From assembly GCA_030390025.1 (NCBI GenBank), contig CM059432.1, forward strand, positions 6,944,001-7,008,000: a DNA stretch of 64,000 nt. Reading direction: 5' to 3'. Both the position numbers and the translations under genes were made by a program. Of this stretch, positions 1-12,844 are shown piece by piece (position 1 is the stretch's first letter; every line of letters starts with the position of its first letter). This stretch comes from Squalus acanthias. Lineage: Eukaryota. Below the pieces are notes generated by a model. That model was not told the origin of the DNA, made no database searches, and saw nothing but the letters and a program-made list of their open reading frames with translations.

Positions 1-187
1 AACTACGGCCTCAGTTATAATAACTGCAACCCCTGTGCTGTGCCTAATTTTGGAACTTTTTAGTCAGTCTACTGAACCTTAACAGTTTGATATATTTTAT
101 AAAAATTCAAATTTATGAAATGTGTTTCTTCTAAGCTTTAAGAACTTCACCGGCATTCAGAGGCCAGTGAGCTGCAATTTTTTTAAA

Positions 188-505
188 TTATTCATTCACG
201 GGATGTGGGCGTCGCTGGCAATGCCAGCATTTATTGCCCATCTCTGATTGCCCTTGGTAAGCTGCCTTCTTGAACCGCTGCAGTCCGTGTGGTGAAGGTG
301 CTCCCACAGTGCTGTTAGGGAGGGAGTTCCAGGATTTTGACCCAGCAACGATGAAGGAACGGCCGATATATTTCCAAGTCGGGATGGTGTGTGACTTGGA
401 GGGGAACTTGGAGGTGGTGGTGTTCCCATGCGCTTGCTGTCCTTGTCCTTCTAGGCGGTAGGGGTCACGGGTTTGGGAGGTCCTATCGAAGAAGCCTTGG
501 CGAAA
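188..505 (-). mobile_element. 3' end of a CR1-superfamily LINE distinct from HER1-type CR1 (family 'X')
   Basis: Minus ORF ...SKSWNSLPNSTVGAPSPHGLQRFKKAA. The same sequence recurs at 12845-13570 (-), 24895-25470 (+) and 61395-61500 (-). Confidence 0.75.
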
Positions 506-767
506 TCTGCGTGTTTGTCTAAGTATGCACGCACAGAACTTTGCTTTCTGTGCTAAACGGGTGGTGTGAGCTGCCACTGTCACTCTGCACTGTCCACTCG
601 CAACAAAACTCCAAATGCCATCACTTGTGCAAAAGAAAATAGAATTATTGTCTGGGTAAGCTTCTGTATGCTATATAACTATGTGTGTACGTACAAAAGC
701 CTCTAGTACTAATATCTTTTGAAGGAAGATCTCGCAGAACCAAAACTAGTTTGGAGGTTCTTGTGTC

Positions 768-1126
768 ACCATGGGTCAGTTGGTAGCACTCTCGCCTCAG
801 AGTCAGAAGGTGGTAAGTCCAAGTCCCACTCCAGAGATGAACAGTACTGAGGGAGCGCTGCACTGTCGGAGGTGCCGTATTTCGGATGAGATGTTAAACC
901 GAGGCTCCGTCTGCCCTCTCAGGTGGACATAAAAGATTCCATAGCGCTATTTCGAAGATGACCAGGGGAGATCTCCCCATTGTCCTGGCCAATATTTATC
1001 CCTCAACCAACATCATTCAAACAGATTATCTGGTCATTAACTCATTGCTGTTTGTGGGACCTTGCTGTGCGTAAATTGGCCACCATGTTTCCTACGTTAC
1101 AGCAGTGACTACACTTCAAAAGTATT
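768..1126 (+). mobile_element. tRNA-derived DeuSINE (SacSINE1/AmnSINE1-like), 5' part; tail resumes at 2268-2335 after a CR1 insertion
   Basis: tRNA-like head, Deu-domain core ggaggtgccgtatttcggatgagatgttaaaccgagg, and tail ggctgtaaagcgctttgggacgtcc...tatataaatgcaag displaced to 2268. Confidence 0.85.
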
Positions 1127-2267
1127 TCATAAGAGATTAGCGTGTAAAGTTAAGGCACATGGGATTGGGGGCAAGGTATTGACTTGGATAGAGAACTGGT
1201 TGGCGGACAGAAAGCAGAGAGTAGGAATTAATGGGTCTTTTTCCAAGTGGCAGGCAGTGATTAGTGGGGTACCGCAGGGTTCGGTCCTTGGACCCCAGCT
1301 ATTCACAATATACATTAATGATCTGGATAAGGGAACTAAATGTTATATCTCCAAGTTTGCAGATGACACAAAGCTGGGTGGGCGTGTGTGCTCCGAGGAG
1401 GATACTGAGAAACTCCAGGATGATTTGGACAGGTTGGGTGAGTGGGCAGAAGCGTGGCAGATGCGAGGTTATCCACTTTGGTGTCAAAAAACAGAAAGGC
1501 AGACTATTATCTGAATGGCAATAAATTGGGAGAAGGGGAAGTGCAACGAGACCTGGGTGTCCTTGTGCACCAGTCGCTGAAGGTAAGCATGCAGGTGCAG
1601 CAGGCGGTGAAGAAGGCAAATGGTATGTTGGCCTTCATAGCGAAAGGGTTTGAGTATAGGAACAGTGATGTCCTGCTGCAGTTGTACAGGGCCTTGGTGA
1701 GACCACACCTTGAGTACTGTGTGCAGTTTTGGTCGCCTTATCTGAGGAAGGATGCTCTTGCCATGGAAGGAGTTCAGCGAAGATTCACAAGGCTGATACC
1801 TGGGATGGCAGGAATGACATATGAGGAGAGATTGGGTCGATTGGGCTTATACTCACTGGAGTATAGAAGAATGAGAGGGGATCTCATCGAAACATATAAA
1901 ATTCTGACAGGTCTGGGCAAACTAGATGCAGGAAGAATGTTCCCGATGGTCGGAGAGTCCAGAACCAGGGGTCATAATCTAAGGATAAGGGGTAAGCCAT
2001 TTAGGACAGAAGTGAGGAAGAATTTCTTCACCCAGAGGGTGGTGAACCTGTGGAATTCTCTACCACAGAACGTAGTTGAGGCCAAGTCATTAAATATATT
2101 CAAGAATGAGTTAGATATATTTCTTAAGGCTAAAGGTATCAAAGGATATGGGGAGAAGGCAGGGACAGGGTACTGAATGTGGATGATCAGCCATGATCTC
2201 ATCGAATGGCGGAGCAGGCTCGAGGGGCCGAATGGCCTACTCCTGCTCATATCTTCTATGTTTCTAT
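1127..2267 (+). mobile_element. 5'-truncated CR1 (HER1-like) LINE, RT to 3' tail, nested in a DeuSINE
   Basis: Motifs [30 protein letters not shown] and WNSLP; small internal deletion near 1462; tail ttctatgtttcta. Confidence 0.95.
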
Positions 2268-2351
2268 TGGCTGTAAAGCGCTTTGGGACGTCCTGAGGTC
2301 ATGAAAGGCACTATATAAATGCAAGTCTTTCTTATTGGATTTTATGTGTTA

Positions 2352-2745
2352 AGGGTAATAGTGCAGTGGTTATGTTACTGGACTAGAATCTGGAGTCCTG
2401 AACTAATTATCCAGAGAACGTGAGATCAAATCCAATCATGGCAGTTTGAGAATTTGAATTCAGTTTAAAAACAATTGCATTATTAACAAGCTAATATCAG
2501 TAAAAGTGACCATCAAACTATCAGATTGTTGTAAAAACCCAACTGGTTCATTAGGGAAGGAAATCTGCCGTCCTTACCCGGTCTGGCCTGTATGTGACTC
2601 CAGTCCCACATCAACGTGGTTGACTCTTAAGTGCCCTCTGAAGTGGCCCAGCGAGCTGCTCAATTGTGTCAAGTCTCGGTGCAGCGAGGAGTCAGCGAAA
2701 AATACCGGTCTTGCCAGTGTCGCTCACATCCTGAGAAAGAATAAG
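2352..2745 (+). mobile_element. tRNA-derived SINE with a MetaSINE-like core and the tail of LINE family X
   Basis: Core agggaaggaaatctgccgtccttacccggtctggcc...gtgactccag...gttgactcttaa; tail ccggtcttgccagtgtcgctcacatcc resembles the family X 3' end. A second copy is at 47730-48175 (-). Confidence 0.65.
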
Positions 2746-3473
2746 AAAGCAATTGAAGAATAGTTGGATGCTGTGAGGAAAGGCTATAGGATTTTTCTTG
2801 CTGGATGTGCAAAGGTGCACCAACTAGGCTTCCTCATCTTTATTTATCTTGTGATCAGATGACAACTGTTGAAACAGAAACTTTAAATATCCCAAACTCC
2901 ATTATAATGTCAAACTGGTCGATGCAATATAATGGAATGCCCAGGTTCTTATAAAATACAAAATGAATAAAACTAAACCTCTCAGTGTCATAACAAATGT
3001 CATGGCTGACTGGAAACACTTTGTATGTATCGACATAAGGTCTCTTTAAAAAATGTAGATGTTAAAGTAAGTAGCAGTTACTGTTTCTCAGACGATTTTA
3101 AGACCATGTACAGCGAAACTAAGAAAAGTCACTGACGAGGCCATCTCCCACCACTTCCTTATACTTGTACATCGCACTACCCACATCCCCCACTTTCCTT
3201 CCGCCTCTCTACCTCAAACAGAATCTCATCTCTTGTCATTTACAACTGCATTTTCAAACTCTCAGCAGCCAAGCCTTTGACCTTCCACTCAACCACAACC
3301 TCGCCTCGGAAGAATGTAATCCTGGCCATTCCCCTGGTATGGCGCCGTCTTCGCTCCCTCAAGTCCAAGGGGTGCAGACTTGAGCATATCTGGTGCATAA
3401 CTGGTTTAGCCTTCCATCACCGTTTTTTGCTGGATTACATCAAGCTCTATTGGACCTCACTCTCCTCGACAGT

Positions 3474-3935
3474 GTCAACTGTGGCTCAGTTGGTAGCACA
3501 CTCGCCTCTGAGTCAGAAGGTTGTGGGTTCCACTCCAGGGACTTGAGCACATAAATCTAGGCTGACACTGCAGTGCTGAGGGAGTGCTGCACTGTCGGAG
3601 GTGCCGTCCTTTGGATGAGACGTTAAACCGAGGCCCCGTCTGCTCTCTCAGGTGGACCTAAAAGATCTCATGGCACTATTTCGAAGAAGAGCAGGGGAGT
3701 TATCCCCGGTGTCCTGGCCAATATTTATCCCTCAATCAACATAACTAAAAAACAGATTATCTGGTCATTATCACATTGCTGTTTGTGGGATCTTGCTGTG
3801 CGCAAATTGGCTGCCACGTTTCCCACATTACAACAGTGACTACACTTCAAAAAAGTACTTCATCGGCTGTAAAGGGCTTTGAGACGTCCGGTGGTCATGA
3901 AAGGCGCTAAAGAAGTGCAAGTCTTTCTTTCTTTT
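3474..3935 (+). mobile_element. Full-length DeuSINE
   Basis: A-box tggctcagttgg, Deu core, tail aaggcgcta...gcaagtctttcttt. Confidence 0.9.
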
Positions 3936-4275
3936 CTCTGCCAAAACCATCCGGTACTCCAGGATCTCCATGGAGAGCAAAGATAACCCCTGGATTCTTT
4001 AATCCACTACCAGCTGTCTCCTTCAACCCCTCTACCCGGCCCCCTCCACCCTCGGCTCCAACACGTTTGAGGAGTTCGTGGAGTTCTTTGTCACTGAGGT
4101 TGACTACTGACCCCCCGCCCCCCCTCCCCCCGACCTTTCAAAACCGCCGTCATCACCCGACTCCTCAAAAAGAAAATTCCTCCACCCCTCTGTCCTAACG
4201 ACCGACTCATCTCCAATCTCCCTTTCTTCTCCAAAGTCCTTGAATATGTTGTGGCTAAACAAATGCAAGTTGTTG
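3936..4275 (+). mobile_element. Degenerate L2 LINE ORF2 fragment
   Basis: Translates FKTAVITRLLKK... and ISNLPFFSKVLEYVVA, an L2-type RT N-terminal motif. Confidence 0.65.
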
Positions 4276-5081
4276 TTGACACAGGCCAGTCACGTCTAAT
4301 TCAATTTATGTACAATATAATTTAATTTTTCTTAAATCAAAATACTATCGAGTACGAATGAAGCTTGTTGAATTTGATGGCCTGGTATTTGGAATTGACT
4401 GAGGGGCCTCTGCGTATTCTGTGGCTTCCTGTGGCAGGATGTAGCACTTGCCATGAGGTTTTATAGAATACATGTCTGACATCAAAGCATTTTTTCATGA
4501 TACTGCCTCAAATTGAATATTTGTGTCAATGATTATATCGTATTTAGTACCTACTGGCATTACGCATCTTCCTCTCTCAAACCTCACAGCAGGTTCTAAA
4601 TATTTTAAAAGTGTGTGGGTTCAGGTGTGATAATACTGTATTAGAAAACATGTATTAGAGTATCAAATACAATCCTGTTTCAGTTGAAGAAATGTCTTAA
4701 TTATTATGGTAGCTTTATACTGGAAATCCATGTACTCAGTGAATCAGTGTCTTAGTTTGATGTTTCATGAATTATTTGCTAATAATTCTTTAATTTGGAT
4801 TCCTAGTAAAGCTCCTCCCTCTTGATCTGATAATTTCAAACACAGTTATATCTCAAGGATCATGATTATATTCCATTTTCAGCTATTATTTTGGTGGTGT
4901 AACAGTGGATAGTGATGGATTACTCAAAATATGGCATTTTAATGACACGTGTTTGAAACTGATTTTATTTTAATCACTCAATGCATATTGCATGGGGCTA
5001 GCACACCCTTTATGTCTTGTAGAAAAATAATAGCACAAGAGTAAAGGAGACGGGTCTAATTCAGTGTTGTCCAATACATTC

Positions 5082-5280
5082 GCTGCCAACGGAAGTGGTG
5101 GAAGCGGAGACACTCAAATGTTTTCAAGGGGAGAGACTGGATAGGCACTTGAGGGAAATAAACTTGCAGGGCTACGGGGATAGAGCGGGGGAATGGGACG
5201 GACTGGATCGCTCTACAGAGAGCCAGCACGGACTCGATGGGCCGAATGGCCTCCTTCTGTGCCGTTTTGACTCTATGACA
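5082..5280 (+). mobile_element. CR1 3' tail fragment
   Basis: Sequence gggctacggggatagagcggg...gggccgaatggcctccttctgtgc. Similar short tails lie at 6478-6560 (-), 7245-7395 (+), 7700-7830 (+), 53886-53965 (-) and 54665-54800 (-). Confidence 0.8.
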
Positions 5281-6285
5281 TTAGCCACTCGGCACGTGTG
5301 GCTAATTGTGAGTCCAGATGTAGCTAATTGCGATTTTGTTCGTAAAAGAAAAAGCAAGCTTCAGGAAGGGGCAAGATGTCACCACCCATGAGCCAGATTT
5401 CCGCCAAAGCCAGCGTGTCAAACTATATGTCAATTGTTTGTTCATAAGATGACGTAAAAAATTAATTCAGCCAAAAAAATCTCGAGCTCACCAGTAAACT
5501 TCCCTATTCCGTCTTACACTTGCTTTAACAGCTTTCCCCTGAACGACCCGATGCAACCTCAGGTCTGTCGAAGATCCTTGAATTTCAGTCCATCTTGTGA
5601 TTCATCCCAACCCATCCCAGCTCATTTCCTATTTTCTCAGACTCAAAATAATTTCCTGGACTTTGCCTCTGCTCTGCTTTGCTCTTTTCTTTCCATTCTC
5701 TCTGACAATTTGCATTTATAGTATTGGAATTATTCATCTCTTGGTGCAGTAATGTTAAATATTTATTCATCTGTTGAGTGTTTATATAACAGTATATATT
5801 AAAACCATTCATCCAATGACTTAACGTAACAATTTATAATGGAATCACGATGTATATTCGTATTTGTATAATTTTATAATTACTAACCTTCTGATGTTTA
5901 TATAGAATTATGCATTTCAATTTTATAAATTATATAATTGATATGTACACATCTATTTTAATAAAACTATTCAAAAATGGTTACATATACCAATAGATGA
6001 ATGATGCATAATGCACCTATTGGTTTTACGTATGTAAACAATAGTCTGTTGGGTGTTTTAGGTAACCACTTATAATTAATTAATTCCAGTCCCTATGATC
6101 TGGGCCCCTGCCTCCTTGTTCTTCCCATCACAACCTCATCATTCCAACTCCCTCTCAGCCCAAACTGCAGGATCCAGACCCAGATCCCCCACACTCTAGC
6201 CCACCTAGTCTCTTCCAGCTCAGTGCCTAAAATGGTCCCTTCACTCCACAGAGTGAAGACAACACAAATCCCAACTCCACACTCG

Positions 6286-6309
6286 GAGAGAGAGAGAGAG
6301 AGAGAGAGA
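6286..6309. repeat. (GA)n microsatellite
   Basis: Seen directly; another at ~44908-44932. Confidence 0.95.
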
Positions 6310-7844
6310 TGTGATCATTTCTGTAACTATCTATTTCTGTAAGTTTGCCAAAAACATGACCTGCCTATTAGAAATTCTTGCTGGCTGACGCTGATTAGCT
6401 CATGTTTTTATAAGTACTCAGTAATTTTATTCTGTATTATAACTTTTAGTGTAGTTTACTAACTGAAGTAAGGTTAATCATTGAATGGTTACAGCACAGA
6501 AGGAGGCCATTCGGCCCGTTAAGCCCGTGCCGGCTCTCTGCAAGAGCACTTCAGCTAACTGGCCTATAACTTCATGGCTTATCTCTTTCCTTTTTTGAAG
6601 GACGAAGTCACATTTGTCATCCTCCAGTACTCTAGTTTTTCTTTCCACAGAATTTTGGAAAATTATAGTCATGTCTTCTCTGGCTTCCCTCGGGATCCTG
6701 GTTATAAGCTATCAAGGCCCAAAAATGACACTGTCTCTCGGCAAAACAAGTTATTTTTAAATGTTTTCAGATCATACATTCTGGTAGCAAAACATTAATA
6801 TTACAGCTGTAAAGCTACTGGAAAGATTTATTGCAGTAGTATTAGCCATACACCACAAAAATAAAGACTAAAAGCACAATTTTAAATAAAAATAAAAAAC
6901 GTTCACTGTTTCTGCTCACTCTGCCTTCTCCTTTATTCCCTATTATTTTCATTTGCAGTTTAGTTTACCCTTTTTCCTAATTCAGTCCAGCCTAATCTAC
7001 CTATTCTAACTCCTACTTTTTTTTAAAAAGAACAAGTGTTGTAAGTTAAAGCATTTAATGACATGCTTCCCTCTTTCCCCCGGCTTCCGTTATTCATTTT
7101 GGAGGTGGAAGCGTGTTCCAAAAAATGGCTGTTTTTCTCCTTGGCCAATTAAAAACCAGAAGTCTAAAGATTGACCGGGGCATGTCCCTAATCTCTGATG
7201 TGTGAAACCTGACAGCCCTGTCACCAGACAAGCAAACTCATCCGTGGGGTAGGTTTGTAACTTTCAAGTAGGGGGAAAAACCTGTAGGGCTGTGAGGAAA
7301 GAGCAGGGGAATGGGACTAATTGGAGAGCTCTTTCAAAGAGCCGGCACAGGCACGAAAGGCCAAATGGTCTCCTTCTGTGCTGTATGTTTCTGTATTCAA
7401 CATTTAAGTCAGTGGGAAAATGACACATGCATTGCATCACTTTGGAAATACCATATATAGTACATTGCTGTTAAATTCAGTTTATGAGTTGCATCTGTGA
7501 CTTTTACACTGGCTTGCAAATGATAAATCTCACCAGTTTTGGATCTAAAAAAATATTGCACAAAGATGTGAATTATGCACTAGATTTTATAGTTGGTGGC
7601 ACAATTCGTTTATTAACTTGCAGCTTTATTCAGAGTTAGGACACATGTTTAGAGCAACAGCAGTAACTTCCATTGATACAGCCACTTTAACATAGAAAAA
7701 CATATGAAGGGGAAAAACTTGCAGGGCTATGGGGAAAGAGCAAGCGAATATGACTAATTGGATCGTTCTTGTGAAGATCTGGCACAGGCACGATGGGCCA
7801 AATGGCCTCCTGTGCTGTATGATTCTATGTAAAAGTATAGAAGT

Positions 7845-8740
7845 TATGGTTGATAAAAATAGGTGGCATAGTAAGTAGTGTAGATGGGAGCATAAAATTA
7901 CAAAGAGACATTGATAGATTAAGTGAGTGGGCAAAACTGTGGCAGATGGATTTCAACACAGGTAAGTGTGAGGTTATGGACTAAAAACAGGTTAGATGCG
8001 AGTATTTTTTTAAATGGTGAAAGGCTAGGAACAGTGGAGGTCCAAAGAGATTTAGGGGTCCATGTACACAGATCACTAAAATATAGTGGTCAGGTACAAA
8101 AAATAATCAAAAAGCCTAATGGAATGTTAGCCTTTATATCTGGAGGGCTAGAATATAAAAGGGAGGAAGTTTTGCTACAACTATACAAAGCCCTGGTTAG
8201 ACCACATCTGGAGTACTGTGTACAGTTCCAGGCACCGCAACTTAGAAAGGATATATTGGCCTTGGAAGGAGTGGAGCACAGGTTCACCAGAATGATACCA
8301 GGGCTCCAAGGGTTAGATTATGGGGAGAGATTACATAAACTAGGCTTGTATAGAAGGTTAAGGGGTGATTTAATTGAGATTTTTATGATTTTGAAAGGAA
8401 TTGATAGGGAGGATAGAGAGAAACTTTTTCCACTGGTGGGGGAATCTAGGACAAGGGGACATAACCTTAAAATCAGATCCAGGCCATTCAGGAGAGAAGT
8501 TAGGAAGCACTTCTTCACGCAAAGGGTGGTGGAAGTGTGGATCTCTCTCTCACAGAAAGCAGTAGATGCTAGCTCAATTGATAATTTTAAATCTGAGATT
8601 GATGGATTTTCGCTGGCCAAGGGTATTAAGGGATATGGAGCCAAGGCGGGTAAATGGAGTTAGGATACAGATCAGCCATGATCTCATTTTGGTGGAACAG
8701 GCTCAAGGGGCTGAATGGCCTACTCCTGTCCCAATGTCCT
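7845..8740 (+). mobile_element. 5'-truncated CR1 LINE (RT C-terminus and tail)
   Basis: ORF 7923-8663 contains QRDLGVHVH, RPHLEYCVQF and FFTQRVV. Confidence 0.92.
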
Positions 8741-9331
8741 ATGATAATGGGGCTTGCTGTATGTGAATTGTATCACCTTTGTACACAACTGAGCTAATGG
8801 CTAGTATAATAAGATCTGGTGTGTACTTTGCCCCTTTATGCAATCAGTACCTGGAATGGTAATTAGGTAGCGTAGTGCAGCAAGAATTCTGGAGTCGGGT
8901 GAGCCAATTAGATGCTGTAATTGGGTGGAGAAGGGATGAGTTCAATGGACGAAACGGCCTCTTTCATCTGAACTTATCTTTGTGATGTTTTATACCTTTT
9001 TGACCGGTGCATTGGAATTTGCGGTATTTCGTTCTTCTGAGATTTTTATGATCCGTAAACGTATTGCCAAATTGTCTGAATTTATGTATGGCTGAATTAA
9101 TGACAAAGACCTCTTGGTAAGCTGCCAGTGTAAAGAATCTTAAGAAAACGAAGTGGAACTGAGTGGGGAGAAGCAACTTGGTTTCACGAATGGCTGCTTT
9201 ACTCAACTGGAATTAATGGTCAAGTTAAAGAATCAGTGGATTGAAAATGGAAAACTGAATACTTGTGACTGATAAACCAATAAATATTATTGCAATTAAT
9301 TGGTCAGGTACAATAGGGAGTACAGTGATCA

Positions 9332-9810
9332 AAAGATTTACGAGAATGGTTCCAGGGATGAGGGACTTTAGTTACGTGGATAGACTGGAGAAGCTGGGGT
9401 TGTTCTCCTTGGAGCAGAGAAGGTTGAGAGGAGATTTGATAGAGGTGTTCAAAATCATGAGGGGTCTGGACAGAGTAGATAGAGAGAAACTATTCCCATT
9501 GGCAGAAGGGTCAAGAACCAGAGGACACAGATTTAAAGTGATTGGCAGAAGAACCAAAGGCGACATGAGGAAAAACTTTTTTACGCAGCGAGTGGTTAGG
9601 ATCTGGAATGCGCTGCCTGAGAGGGTGGTGGAGGCAGATTCAATCGTGGCTTTCAAAAGGGAATTGGATAAGTGCCTGAAGGAAAAAATTTGCAGGGCTA
9701 CGGGGAAAGGGCGGGGGAGTGGGACTAGCTGATGCGCTCTTGCAGAGAGCCGGCACGGGCTCAACGGGCCGAATGGCCGCCTCCTGTGCTGTAACCATTC
9801 TATGATTCTA
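9332..9810 (+). mobile_element. CR1 3' fragment
   Basis: RFTRMVPGMR...RRLRGDLIEVFK...WNALP; tail attctatgattcta. Confidence 0.92.
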
Positions 9811-10167
9811 AAAACAGCAATGCAAAGAAAGCATGTGAATACCTAATTAAGTGCTTCAGTCAGCAAGTTTAAAACATTTGTGATAATTAGCAGATAATAA
9901 AATAGTAAACAATTCAAATTACATTTTAAAAACCCAACACTTCTTTCTTTTACAAGTTAAGCTGAAAAATGCATATGGAGGTGAACTTTTGTCCTGGAAA
10001 AATTCTCCTGGAAATAACAAAGATGTAACATTTGATTTATGACCTTGTTAATTCATTCTTTTGGCTTCTGAATAGAGATGCATCTGTTACTTCAAAGCTG
10101 GCCTCCTTAAATATAAATCAAATGAGTTAAAGATGGCCAAATATTCAGAGCTAATTCATAGTCCCAT

Positions 10168-10189
10168 CCCCCCCCCCCCCCCCCCCCCC
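10168..10189. repeat. C22 homopolymer
   Basis: Seen directly. Confidence 0.9.
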
Positions 10190-10311
10190 GCAAAGAACTG
10201 AAATATAAAAAATTATTTAATTAGGGGTAAGTTTACATTATTTATTGTCCCTCATACTAATTGATGTTATAGTTCTACACTGTTATAACTGTTATTATTG
10301 TAACAAATATT

Positions 10312-11075
10312 GGCCCAAAAATTCGGCCATTCTCGGGTGAGTACTCAGTGCGTACTCACCCGTATTCATTCCCGAAGTGCCGGTTTCCTGCATGCACTGC
10401 GCATGCGCGGGAAACCGGCACTTCCGGTATGGTGAAGGGGGCGGTTCCTAGGTGAACCGCGTGCGCGCTAGAGGCTGCGCGCACGCAGCACACTTAGATT
10501 TTTTTCAGGTTTCAACGCGAGGGTAAGTATGGAAGATTCTACGCTAGTAAAAAGGAGGCGTAAGACCCCTTTTGAACAAGGTAAGTAGTTAATTAAGTAT
10601 AATTTAAAACATTTTTCAACAGGTTTATCTTTTTTAGAGACTTTAAAGAAAGGTAGGTTTATTTTTATAACTTTTAAAAAGTATTTTAATTTTTTCAAAA
10701 ATTTAAATTTTTGTTTAAAGTAGTTAATTTATTTAACTATAGTTATTTTATAAATGTGATGGTTTAAAAAAAAAAATTATTTGAGGTTTAGCTGTTCTTT
10801 TGGGGCCGATTTCAATTCACAGAATTGACAGGTCTCCTGTCAAATCTATGAATGAAAGATGGTCTGCTGCCATTGGCTCTCCATGGCCCACGTGATCCCA
10901 GGGGTCGCATCGCACTAACTGCGCCCCTGGAACACGCAAGCACTGCGCGCCGGCACTAGGGAGAGGCCCAGGACCCGAAGTTCCTGTGGGCCGAAAACAC
11001 AACGGCAGGCGCGGTGGGTAAGAGCGCGCGCGATCCTTACCCCCGCGGCAAGCCGGCCACGCGAATTTCTAGGCC
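10312..11075. mobile_element. PIF/Harbinger-type MITE (family B)
   Basis: TIRs GGCCCAAAAATTCG / CGAATTTCTAGGCC (12/14); flanks ATT/ATG form an imperfect 3-bp TSD; GC-rich ends with an AT-rich middle; internal similarity to 45625-46383. Confidence 0.75.
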
Positions 11076-11574
11076 ATGACCTTGTAGGGACTCTATTCAC
11101 AGGCTGCTGTGTGGTGATACAAAGATGTTTCTTGGAAAAAAAAATATTTCTCACAAATGTTTTAAGCTATTTTCTCCTCTTCAAGTCTCTAGCCTGTCCC
11201 TCCCGCAATGGTACGATTACAATTAAAGTATCACAGCCATGAACCCCATTTCTTCTCAGTCTGTCACAGAGTATGTTATACCTCCATTTTTTAAGCATTA
11301 GAGAAGTTGTACCAGCTTCTTGTACCTTGTCTCTCGATCAGGCAGCAACAGACCCAAATTGTGAGCCTGTCAGTTTTATCAGGTGGAGATAGGAGGCAAA
11401 CTGCAATCACAACCCAGTCAACTGGCCGCGCACAAAAACTGCCGGTTTATGTATGTCATCAGGAGTAATACTTTTTAAATACGATTGTTTGTAAATACTG
11501 CAGTATTAGTTTCAGTGCGAAGTTAGGCTGTCGCAGCCAGAGCAGTAGTTGGAACACGATAATTCGCCTCAGTA

Positions 11575-11990
11575 CCAACACCTCAATTTTAAAATTCTTA
11601 TCCTGGTGTTCAAATCCCTCCATGGCATTGCCCCTCCCTATTTCTGTCACCTCGTCCAGCCACACAGCCTTCTGCGAACTCTGCATTTCTCCTACTCTGG
11701 CTTCTTGTAAAACCCTCACTTGATTCCCCCCACCATTGGCGGCCATGACCTCGGCAGTCTAGGCCCTAAGCTCTGGAATTCCCTCCTTAAACCCCCCTGC
11801 CTCTCGACCTCTCTTTCCTCCTTTAAGACGCTTCTTGAAACCTACCTCTTTGACCAAGTGTTTGATCACCTGTCCTAATGTCTCCTTCTTTGGCTCGGTG
11901 TCAATTTTTGTCTGAATACACTCCTGTGAAGCGCCCTGGGACGTTTTACTACCTTAAAGGCGCTATATAAATGCAAGCTGTTGTTGTTCA
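11575..11990 (+). mobile_element. L2 LINE 3' end
   Basis: Sequence ttttaaaattcttatcc...ctctggaattccctcc; tail aaaggcgctatataaatgcaagctgttgttg. Confidence 0.8.
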
Positions 11991-12175
11991 GGGGAAAATG
12001 AGCCGGATCGTTACCATGTGACTGGTGGAAGTACCCGTGTTTGGATGTGGGGTAGGACATGATTGGCCTGGCCACCTATGGTCCAATAGTCAAGGCTCAT
12101 TCACAAATAATGAGCACCAGGGCAGGGCATCAACTGGAACCAGCTCAATGGAACTGTAGCCCAGCAAGGAGTCAA

Positions 12176-12478
12176 TGAGCACAAAAATCTAGGCTGACAC
12201 TCCAGTGCAATACTAAGGGAGTGCTGCACTGTCAGAGGTGCCGTCTTTCAGATGAGACGTTAAACTGAGGCCCCGTCTGCTCTCTCAGGTGGACGTAAAA
12301 GATCCTATGACACTACTTTGAAGAAGAGCAGGGGAGATCTCCCCGGTGTCCTGGACAATATTTATCCCTCAATCAACATCGCTGAAAACCAGATTATCTG
12401 TTCATTACCACATTGTGAGAGCTTGCTGTGCACAAATTAGCTGCCACGTTTCCTATATTACAGCAGTGACTACATTTT
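12176..12478 (+). mobile_element. DeuSINE, truncated at both ends; a minus-strand DeuSINE tail follows at ~12600-12715
   Basis: Deu core gaggtgccgtctttcagatgagacgttaaactgagg. Confidence 0.85.
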
Positions 12479-12844
12479 TCACAAGTCTCGATAAATCTAA
12501 TATTGTATCTATAAACCACTCTGATTTACATTTCTTGCCAAATCTGCTGCACTGCCAGCGTACATTATACTTGGGTTGGATTGTTACTTTGCAACGTGAA
12601 AGGAAAGAAAGAACTTGCATTCATGTAGCGCCTTCCACGACCTCAGGACGTCCCAAAGGGCTATATAGCCAATTAAGTACTTTTTCTAAAGTGCACTCAC
12701 TGTTGTAATGTAGGGATGAGAACCAGGTATTACAGAGGAAACCTGTGTTCGTTGCTGGTTTCTTTTCAATTTGACTTGAAATCGGATGATGTCGAAACTG
12801 CCCCCGACCCCTCCCCACCAGCTATTTAAAACAACATTTTTAAA

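Noticed and set aside
3480..3545. tRNA-like A/B boxes here and at other SINE heads
   Set aside because: They continue directly into SINE bodies and lack a full cloverleaf, so they are not tRNA genes.
4883..4948. Exon-like stretch after ttccattttcag reading YYFGGVTVDSDGLLKIWHFNDT (WD40-like)
   Set aside because: Weak donor (AC|gtgttt), and it does not match the VPS13B peptide expected before the 54157 exon. Treated as chance.
11360..11412. cagttttatcaggtg equals the last 15 nt of human miR-875-5p, inside a loose hairpin
   Set aside because: The seed is absent, the hairpin is poor, and the true orthologue is at 30015-30096 with a different 3' end. Treated as coincidence.
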